A stretch of 64,000 nucleotides of DNA from assembly GCA_051294375.1 (NCBI GenBank), contig CM119265.1, positions 20,804,221 to 20,868,220 of the forward strand, read 5' to 3'. A program made the translations under genes and the position numbers. The notes beneath the pieces are model-generated. The model made no database searches and was not told where the DNA came from. It saw only the letters and a program-made list of their open reading frames with translations. Shown one piece after another: positions 35,001 to 43,094 of the stretch (positions within the stretch are counted from its first letter, which is position 1; every line of letters begins with the position of its first letter). This DNA comes from Paraspadella gotoi. Its lineage: Eukaryota; Animalia; Chaetognatha.

Positions 35001-35410
35001 AATCTCCTCCATCCTCGACGACGTCACCTACCAAATACGGCACTCTCGGCTCCAGTGGCATCGGCGGCGTCAACGTCGTCGACAAAGAGCAAGTTCCGCT
35101 CGGCGGCGTCGTTCCTTCCGTTCGGTCGGCGCCGCCGCTAGACTCTGACGCCGGACCCGGCGTCAGTCCCATTGCCCTCGAACCTACAGACGATGGTATC
35201 GCCGCCGTGGCCACGGTCGTCGTCGAACTCCCCCGTGGTGTCGTTGAGGGCGCCGAGTCAGACTCGGCGCCGCCCGACCGGATTTGTCTCGGCTCCTCCC
35301 TCGTCATGATGCGCGTCCACTACCCCACGTTGCTGTCGCATCACAATCAGGGCGGCAGGAGCGTGCTGGTACATCGACGGAGACCCTCCCATTCTGGCGT
35401 CGCCGTTTGA
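13527..35410 (+). CDS. MEGF8: Multiple EGF-like domains protein 8 (CUB, EGF, Kelch repeats, PSI, EGF-Ca, laminin-EGF, TM, cytoplasmic tail); first coding exon not found in the window
   Basis: About 50 small exons. The first (13527-13693) encodes the CUB segment APSNKFFINLDFKELETECSYDFVFVHDGDS. Kelch motifs (RAGHTSVY, RAYHSAVIL, GRYFHAG, LAGHTLT, LYGHTAVYH), PSI and laminin-EGF cysteine patterns, and a second CUB domain at about 20.9-21.5 kb. Diagnostic FFRQDQPHIDLFVFFSVFFSCFFLFLAVCVVIWK TM region (34478-34720) and MRSRPF (MASRPF-type) motif in the last exon 34808-35410. Confidence 0.95.
14777..15044 (+). mobile_element. HINE/DINE-1-like (Helentron-associated) non-autonomous element, copy 1, interrupted by an assembly gap
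   Basis: 5' TTTTTATCGTCGCAATCGC and 3' inverted copy GCGAATGCGACGAT followed by CCTTTTAAGATTTTTT. Same ends as 23334-23730 and 38973-40065. Confidence 0.6.
15048..15110. repeat. (GA)n microsatellite in a MEGF8 intron
   Basis: Perfect AG dinucleotide run. Confidence 0.95.
17603..18482 (-). CDS. 227-aa orphan with signal peptide, charged helical body and hydrophobic C-terminal tail (putative GPI-anchored protein), nested antisense in MEGF8 intron 17347-18740
   Basis: Four phase-0 exons: 18482-18366, 18303-17995, 17936-17820, 17743-17603 (684 nt). N-terminus MIRAVFLTVMAVALCGRISKG. C-terminus ...PTIANSTGSFFNVFSVLCLNFFNIVAFSLLLSF* with no cytoplasmic tail. Confidence 0.75.
23334..23730 (+). mobile_element. 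HINE/DINE-1-like element, copy 2
   Basis: Subterminal inverted repeats ATCGTCGCAATC ... GATTGTGACGAT, short 3' stem-loop CTTATACTTTAAG, poly-T flanks, no obvious TSD. Confidence 0.7.
25063..27146 (-). CDS. 489-aa immunoglobulin-superfamily type I membrane protein (V-like plus two C2/I-like domains; nectin/CADM/kirre-like layout), nested antisense in MEGF8 intron 24827-29190
   Basis: Eight phase-consistent exons: 27146-26940, 26826-26595, 26513-26299, 26194-25937, 25863-25719, 25643-25530, 25428-25320, 25252-25063 (1470 nt). Signal peptide ...LHWLHLFSFVLVCFLFLRRVNA. Ig1 VTIYC..RWYR..YSLRIANVASAEAGEYRC. Ig2 MNC..PKLQW..DYGSTARCVVQH. TM VLIGILAAFSALVIVIILVIIII followed by KK. Confidence 0.85.
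28269..28447. mobile_element. MITE with ~27-bp TIRs, 8-bp TSD and internal degenerate TTAGGG repeats (Merlin-like termini)
   Basis: GGTTACTTTTACTTTCGCCGACCGGGG ... CCGCGGTCGGCGAAAGTAAAATTAGCC. GCATATTT at 28261-28268 and 28448-28455. Internal GGTTAGGG-like repeats. Confidence 0.8.
32169..32393 (-). mobile_element. tRNA-derived interspersed element, family B, copy 1 (in a MEGF8 intron)
   Basis: Similar to 63691-63903. B box GGTTCAATCCC on the minus strand. Shared end AAATTTAGGATTCGCCACA. A diverged relative probably lies at about 36505-36600. Confidence 0.65.
33060..33682. mobile_element. DNA transposon/MITE with ~80-bp terminal inverted repeats spanning an assembly gap
   Basis: TTAGTTTGAG...ACAAACAACGATTTTATTAAGAAACAAATAACGGACATGTTT at 33060-33135 is the reverse complement of 33606-33682. 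N gap at 33571-33580. Confidence 0.7.
34205..34430 (+). repeat. ~230-bp interspersed repeat family (other copies at about 53940-54142 +, 36205-36365 -, partial 43910-43955)
   Basis: Shared core ATTGAA(A/T)GCTTGC.GG..CCTGCTATGTCATTATC...CTTAAACCACC.AAGCCTGTCCAAAGTCAGG...ATGAAT...TTTTATTGG. Confidence 0.7.
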
Positions 35411-37224
35411 TTGGATAGAGCGTTGAAAGGCAGGGAGAATCGGCTCAGTCGTCTTGGGTTTCGTTTCTTCTTTTTTCGCTTATTACAATCGTCCTCTTTC
35501 AGTTTTAAGTTCACGTCCTTTTATCCATTTATTAATCAAGTAACCCGAGCCAAAGAATCGCCTAAAACAATGTAGCAGGGAGATACATTCCTCATTTGTT
35601 TGTTTAGTGATTTTTTCTTTTTTAACCGTCATAATTATTATTGTTACGGTTTATTTATTCCGTTCTCCCCCCCCCCCATTTCAAGTTTAGCTTCCCCTTT
35701 TTCCGTTGACGTAAATCGGAATCGCTGATTGCTCGCTGTTTTTTCGCTGTTTATTACCCCGTGAATTAAATAAAACTTGCCTATCAAGTCTTGGTTGCGG
35801 GCAATGTTTTCAGTTTTTGTTTCATTCATTACGTAATCTTTTTCATTGCGATCATCCATGGCACCGTAGTTTTTGTTCAGGTTTTTTTTTTCCCCTTGAA
35901 CAATAAACACTTTACCAAAGACGAATCGTTGCTTCTAACTATTATTATCATGGACCACGGATAAATGAGCGAGACCAAGACTTACTTAGGATAAACAAAT
36001 TTGATGTTGTTGTATTTGCCTTTTAATAAACGCAATATCGTTTAGCAATCGATTTTATTTACTTCATTTAAATTTTAGATAGCACCGAGTGGTTTATATG
36101 AATGACCCTTTCTTAAAAGCTGATGGAATTCATGGAAACAGAGACGGCTTGAGTGAACTTTCCTGGCTTTCTTCAGTTTAAGAATGTATGATTCATGTAG
36201 TATGATATTGGTACAACCAACATAAAAAGTATTCATTCATTCTATATACAACCCCTGACTTTGGACATGCTAAGCAATGCCAAAGCCTATGGTGGGTTAA
36301 AGCCTGCATCCTTCTTTCAATATAATAACTTAGTAAGACTTCGAGCTTTCAATCAGCTCTCACAAATATTTTTTTTAACTGTTTCTTTGGATAAAACGAC
36401 CACTTAAGTATGAGATCAGAGAATTGTACTCCACACTAGCATAAAAAATCCAGTCGCGGACTGATAAATGTAATTAGGTATTAAATTATAGCAGCAGCCG
36501 GATTGTGATGCCTAGCTTAGTGGGGGATCTCACCTGTTGGCATTAGGGGTTTCAGTCCCTCAGTGATTCTACCCGACACTACCTGTCTGACGCGGTTACC
36601 CATGGTCCGTCACGCTTGTGCAAACGCGGAAGGAAGTCATTATGACTATAGATAGAACGCATTGGGACAAAATCCATTCTGTGGCTCAACTTGCGAAAAA
36701 GGAAGCGCCCCTCCTCGTCCTCCGCAGTCCGCTCTTAATCTCGCCCAGCGGATTTCTGCATCCCCGACAAAATGGCCTTTGACGCTTCTATTGTCTCTCC
36801 AGTTCAAGAGGCCATAGCGTTTTCGCCACAACTTCCGCTGCCGCCATTTTGTTAACAATCAGGCGCTGGGAATCTTTTTCCAGCCGAGAGAGAGACCTTT
36901 GGCGAATGGAAGCCCTTCCTTTCCTCAATGCATTTGCCCACCGAAACCCGAGACGATTGGAAAAAGTAAACTCCTTTGGATCGCAAATACTTCTTTCGGC
37001 AGCTCTACAAAGGGGAAACGCCAATCTCCTAATCAGTCGGGACCGCGATCCTATCCACTTGTGTTTGTTTAATAGCATCTTCCCAAAAATAAATCTCGAT
37101 GCATTGTCTTTTGGACGAATCTGCTTATCGCAGATTCCGACTCTATAATTCCGTCGGTCCCACCCCAAAATATTTATCATATCAGAACATCGAATTATGA
37201 TAAATTATCCAAAAAAATTATGTT

Positions 37225-37420
37225 CATCTGTCCGTCCGTCTGTCTGAAGGTCCGTCCCATCTTTTCATTAAACTCGTGATTGGATGGACGGATTGGAAAT
37301 TATGCCACTTGACCAAATAATGCTACTTGATTAAATTATGCAAGTTGACCAATTTATTCAAATTACCAAATTATGCAAGTTGACTAAATTATTCAAATTT
37401 GTATTGACGCAGCTACTGGT
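37225..37420 (+). repeat. (GTCY)n microsatellite followed by ~18-bp tandem repeats (DINE/HINE-like fragment)
   Basis: TCTGTCCGTCCGTCTGTCTG, then repeated TTGAC(C/T)AAATTATGCAAG-type units. Confidence 0.5.
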
Positions 37421-38787
37421 AATAATTGATAGATCATTTGATTTATAGATTTTTTCATAATTTATTAAAAAGTTTGACTTATGTTACGATTTGTTATGAT
37501 CTGTTAAGATCACAACTTGAAAGTCAGAAAATATTACCATGATTTATCATCGTATTAGCTTATTACCGCATAATTATCGTAGGCAGATCCGACATTGTTT
37601 CCTCAAACTTGTTTTGTTACAATTGTTTTTACTTTTCATTCTCGGGAACATATCCATGAACCATCTATAGGTTCCCAACTGATGACCTCGAAAATTGTTT
37701 TGGACATATATAAAAAATATTAAATAATAAAATTTAAAATATAAGCATAACAAATAAAAGACTATCAAATTTACATCTAATATATAAGGACGCCCCTTTC
37801 TTAAAACAGCTTTCCCCAGTATGTATCCATATCAGAACATACAATTCTACTTTGTAGTCTTTAACCCTCAACAATAACGAATCATAAATAACCTTTATCC
37901 AACAAATTATCCTCTCCACTCCTTCCTGTTAAGTCTTTTAGATATTTTAAAATTTTCAATAAAAGACTTCTTAACAAGAATGATGTCTAATATCTAATTA
38001 GAAAACTAGTATAGGGCAGAATAGTATACTATAGTATAGGGCAAAAAGTAACTTTTAACTTTGCGTTGTATATAGAATTATAGATACTCCCTCTATTTCC
38101 AGAAGACAACACTAACATCCCTCTCCCCATTATATTATAAAAGAATATACTTTATATAAAGAATTATAGTTAAGTCTAATATATAGTGAAATTTATTAAA
38201 TTTTTACCTTTATTTTTAAATTTATATAAAATTTTAAAGTCTAATTTAGTAAAGCAAGTTCTCTTGCAATTTTTCATATGAAATTGTCCTTTTATTTTTT
38301 TTCCAGGAAAAATATATTTTTTCGCTCTTTTATCTTTTTTCTCGTTCCCCTTTAGCCTTAGGCAATGCTATTACTATCCTGAAAACCCGTTTAATTAGTT
38401 GAATACGTTGACAGCCATTAAGATGTGGAAAAATTATTACTCCTTTTAATTTTAGAAATCCGGTTTTCGTACTTTATTACTCCCCAGACAATCTTCATGC
38501 TATTTCACCTTTTCGCTAAAAACTGAAAAACACTAAGAACTACGGTAAGTAACAATTTTTAAAAATATTAAAAGTAATGCATTAACTTTTTTTCTTACTC
38601 CAATCTTAATTTGATCTTTGAAGAAGACATTCTTAGTTCCAGGTTAACAATATTTTTACACATTTTATAATTTCTGGTAGTTCGAATCACCTACTAGATA
38701 AATAGGTACATATATTTTCTATTTTCTTCGACAATTCTTTTACTTTTTTCAGTCTCATAATATTTTTAAGAAGTATTAAAATCCAAA

Positions 38788-38937
38788 ATGACTAAGAAAC
38801 GACGAAATAATGAACGATCAAAAAAAAGTCGTGATCAAGCGAGGAATAAAATCCTTCCTCGGAATGCAGTTGTCCGAAATGTGGTGGATGGGTCAGGTAT
38901 CGAAGAAACAACAGGCGACCTCGTCTCTGACCTGTAG
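38788..38937 (+). pseudogene. divergent 40S ribosomal protein S26 (eS26)-derived ORF or pseudogene; possible 5' exon ending at 38543 and 3' exon 40082-40118
   Basis: Translates MTKKRRNNERSKKSRDQARNKILPRNAVVRNVVDGSGIEETTGDLVSDL, versus recalled eS26 MTKKRRNNGR(A/S)KKGRGHV...VIRNIVE. The CxxC segment is absent. AAAATG start context. Upstream GTAAGT donor (38544) and TTTTTAAG acceptor (38770). Donor-like GTAGGT at 38934. Confidence 0.65.
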
Positions 38938-38972
38938 GTCTTTTTAATATGCCCGTTTGCTGTTGATTTTTA

Positions 38973-39523
38973 TTTTTTTATCGTCCCAATCGCTTTGCGT
39001 TTGCAACGATATTGCTGTGGTTTTGCTCATAAGTGGCGTCGTCGTTGTCGTCGTCGTCGTTAGCGTTCCAAATTATAGATCGCCTTTTTGATAATTAAAT
39101 TTGGGTGTATGAAGCTGAAAATTTATATACAGCTTCTCATCATCAATGTCCTTAAAATTGAGTCCGGACAGTTATTAAATATGTTTTGTTTACGTTTTAT
39201 CAAAACAAACAAATTTTCTCTCTTTTATTTTTATATTTGTTTCTGTCTCTCTTTTCTCTTTTAATTATGTCTCTCTCCCTCTCTCTTTTCCCTAGTCACT
39301 GATTCATAGGGAAAAAAAACGAGTCTGCAGCTGGCTCTGTAGGGGCTTATTCTTTTTCTCTCTTTTCATCTGCTGCTTCTGCAGCTGCCTTTTGATTTCT
39401 TTCTTTTTTTCTGGGTTCCTCTGCTGCTTTCGCTGCTGATTCGTTCAAAAACGATTTGGCTTCTCTCTCTCTCTCTCTCTCTCTTCTCTTCCTCTCGTTC
39501 CTCTCTCTCTCGTCTCTCTCATC

Positions 39524-39567
<44 letters not shown>

Positions 39568-40065
39568 TCTTTTTTTCTCAGGGGCTGCGTCTGCTGATCA
39601 GTTTATTTGATAATGATAAAAAAACCTTTATGGTGGACTAAATCCACCAACCGTTCATCAGCGGCCATTGGTGCCGGAGGCAAGTCATTCGCCTCCCAAC
39701 CCAAAGGTCCGGGGTTCTAGCCCGGTGGTCGTCTGGCAGTTAAGAGGGACGGGGCGCTTAACCCGCCTGTAACATGGTGTTACAGCCTGATCCGAAGCTC
39801 AGGATTGCATATATTGAACGGTTTCTGTCATTAACACATAATAATAATTACTGTCTCTTCACCTTTTTCATTATTTTTTTTCTTCAGAAACTGTAACTTT
39901 AATTTTCCTCGGTACTTTATTATTTTTTTTTATGACTATTTTTCTTTCTGTTTATAAATTAATTTTCTTTTATCAAATTTTCTTTTTTTTAGTGTCAAAA
40001 TTTGTCGTCAATCCAGATTTTTCTTATGCGATTGTGATGATCCTTATGCTTTTAAGATTTTTTTT
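38973..40065 (+). mobile_element. HINE/DINE-1-like element, copy 3, containing (CT)n and a nested family A element
   Basis: 5' TTTTTTATCGTCCCAATCGC, internal CAAATTATAGATCGCCTTTT shared with copy 2, 3' GCGATTGTGATGATCCTTATGCTTTTAAGATTTTT. Confidence 0.7.
39632..39860 (+). mobile_element. tRNA-cassette-bearing element, family A, copy 2
   Basis: Hairpin GGTGGACTAAATCCACC, then AACCGTTCA, tRNA-like segment 39661-39732 (TGGTGCCGGAGG ... GGTTCTAGCCC), then TGAACGGTT. Flanks ACCTTTAT and ACCTTTTT. Confidence 0.75.
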
Positions 40066-41032
40066 ATTTATACATATACAGGTTGACCAAGGATTCTCTT
40101 TCTGGAACAGCACTTTGATTACTTTCTGAACGAAGTTTAAAACCAAGGTCAAAAATCCATTTGAAAAAGCCGTTTTTTTCGTTATTTTACTGTACTGATA
40201 TTTGTGCTTTGTTGATTATGAAAGAATAATCATTCATTAATCATGTATTATCCGCTATGTAGTTTTTTATAAAAAAAATTGTTTTTTACATGGTCATAAA
40301 TTTCATGGATTGGAAAGTTTTAAATTGAGTTTCAACCTATTTTTTTTTTAAGCCTGCTTTTCTTTTTGATTTTTTTATGCATGCTTTCTGCAATTCCATA
40401 CTCAATCAAAAAAATACCGAGGAATAGAATAGAATGAGTGAATAGTACTATACTATTATAACTTGTGACCGCGAATTCAATATATTTAAAGATAATTAAT
40501 CGTATAATATATTTACGTGAATTTTCTAAAATTGATATCTACTTTTATTCTAAAATGTCAATTGTCAAATATCTATGATTTAACATAGACTGCTAAAACT
40601 TTAAACTACGCATTTACCTTCATTTTTATTTCAAAAGTACAGTTGTGAACAGTTAAATATTTTTGATTTGCAATAAACTTTGATCATACTATTTGACTTC
40701 GCTTTTTTTCCCACGAATCATGGAATCATGGAAGCGTGAAATGAATGTCAACGGATTTCTAATAATTCGACAGAAGTTATCGTTAATATTACTAATATTG
40801 TAAGTTAAAATCCTCGCGCCTCACATTCATAACTATTTTTTCTTAATCTTTTTCGTTTATTAACTTACCTCCTTTTCTCCATCTCGATCCTGTAAAGGCA
40901 TTTTCTTTCTCTTTAAGCTTCTGTTAGGGGATTCAATTATCATCATTCAATATTACCTCTAAGTATGTAACTTTTAAAACAAGAACAGTAATTCAAATGT
41001 GTTGCGCCATAGTGACTGCCTTATCACGTGTA

Positions 41033-42015
41033 TTAGAGCGTTGAAAAATAACAAAATATAACAAATCAAGTGAGGTACATAGCTATTTTAGTGTAATGTA
41101 GTCTGTAGATTCGATGGTGATGACCATTTTTTTGTATAATTTTATCTTTCTTGTCGGAAATGAGGGTTTTTAATGTATATAAAGTTGTTATAAAATAGCA
41201 AAACCATTATAAGTTATGATAAATCAAATTATTAAAATTTTATAAAATTTATATGAGCTTTTGAAATATAAAATAAAGACTTATAAAAATATTTTGGTAA
41301 GTTTATTTCTAAATTTTATGTTTTATAAAAAGTTAGTTAACTATATTTATTAATAATTATAAGTAAAAATTGGGCTAAAGTTAAAAAAAAATAATTTCAA
41401 AATTTTTTTCATGGATTTGGATTCTTTGCAAAAAGTTGATATAAGAAAATATAATTTTTATATCAAAATTATGTCATTAAGTTGGTCAAAATTCATAAAA
41501 ACTATAATTTTAAGCCAAAAATTGAAAAATTAAACAAAATAATAGTTTTTAATATTTTTAACCTACTTAATGAAAGAATTTTTTAAAATGGATTCTACTT
41601 TCTTATATCAACTTTTTGTAAGGAATTCAAATCCGATTTTAAAATTTTAAAATTTTTAATTTTTTACTTTAGCTTATTTTTTATTATTATTATTAATAAA
41701 TATAGTAACAAACTATTAATGAAATATAAAATTTGTAAATAAACTTACCAAAATATTTATATGGGTCTTTATTTTCATATTATGTAAGTTAAATATGGCT
41801 TTTATAAAATCTTAATAATTTGAGTTTCTTATACTCTACAATGTTTGCTACATTTTAATAGCACGTTATTTGCTGCAAAAATCGCCATTTCCGACAAAGA
41901 AGATGAGACTATACAAAAAAATGGTTATCATCATCGAATTCTACAGACTTTATTACATTAAATAGCTATGTACCTTACTTGATTTGTTATATTTCGTTAT
42001 TTTTCAACGTCCTAA
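41033..42015. mobile_element. ~980-bp AT-rich foldback/MITE-type element (imperfect palindrome), copy 1
   Basis: TTAGAGCGTTGAAAAATAAC ... GTTATTTTTCAACGTCCTAA, with arms complementary over most of the length. ACGTGTA(T) repeated on both flanks. Nearly identical to 44871-45852. Confidence 0.85.
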
Positions 42016-43094
42016 ACGTGTATTATGACATGCACTGCATCAAAATTCCCTCTTTTATTCTTTTTATAGTTTTAAGATTTCCTATAAGCGGCGCTAGCAG
42101 TCCCTTAGATTTGAGGTTGTTTTCTATCTTAATTTGCAAATAGTTGCTTGCTCATTTGTTATGTGCATTTTTAACATAAGTGGGACAGACCGACGGATAG
42201 ATATTAGAGTAGAGCACTGGGGAACATAAATTTTATTGGAGTAAACAAACAAGGATATTTAGACGTGAGATAGTATGATTAAGGAGTACAAAAAATATTT
42301 TGCTTATGAAATTATAAATTTTTAAAATAATTTTTTTAAAATTTTTATTAAAGATTCTGATTCTTCATAAAAAGTTAGATCAAAAATATAAAATATGTTA
42401 TTAAAAATTTTAATGTCTTCAAAGGTCATATTCTCCACTTTTTTATATTTTGTAATATAAACTATTATATGATGAAACATTTTGGTCATTTTTCGCAGCT
42501 TTAACCTAAAAATATTATTTAACATATTTTACAAAAGTTTTTCAGTTTTTTCGGCGAATCCAAAACTTAAAATTAAAAAAATATGATTTTGAAATTTTAT
42601 GATTTTATAAGGATATTACTATAAAAAAAATCAATTAATGATACTGTTATGAAAAAAGGTTTAATAATTTTTTATTATATAGTATACAAAGGCAGCAAAA
42701 AAACATTGTTCCATCATTCAATCTTTTCATCATTCCACCCTAATAGACATACCGACCGACAGACCGACCGAAAAGTTACTTATAGAGCTGCTCCGCGAGT
42801 ACTCGCAGTGCAACTAAAAAACTAAAATTTCGTCTGTTTTCCTTGGGCGATTCGGTACTTAGTACTTATTACTTAGTACTTACTCTTTCTTGCTTTCACT
42901 TTTTGTCGCTCGCGACTGAAAAAAGTGTAAGCATTTCAATGAGATTATTTAACAACTTATCAATCCATAACTCGACAATGTAATTTTTACAGAATGTTCT
43001 TGTTTGAATGACTGGACCCCTGTTGTGCTGACAGATCCCGGTGTCATGATGACGAAAGGCGTTTGACCTGAGATCCAATGACCTTGATATCATT

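Noticed and set aside
34852-35307. Antisense ORFs overlapping MEGF8 and other exons (also 49..399, 152..730, 10747..11097, 47018..47335)
   Set aside because: They are shadow frames of GC-rich or repetitive coding exons with no independent signals.
36646-37180. ORFs 36788..37180 (-), 36849..37148 (+) and 36646..36858 (-) as a gene or transposase fragment
   Set aside because: No recognisable motifs and no consistent splice structure were found.
37635-37700. Hammerhead-ribozyme-like CTGATGA...GAAA next to a GGGAAC/GTTCCC stem
   Set aside because: Stem II cannot form (CCTC, no purine-pyrimidine closing pair) and stem III is only about 3 bp.
38788-38850. bZIP transcription factor
   Set aside because: The basic N-x7-R pattern is present but no leucine zipper follows. 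The exact MTKKRRNN start and VVRNVV fit eS26 better.
39661-39732. Functional tRNA gene
   Set aside because: The anticodon and D arms pair poorly, and the sequence is embedded in a dispersed repeat with TSDs. Treated as a tRNA-derived cassette.
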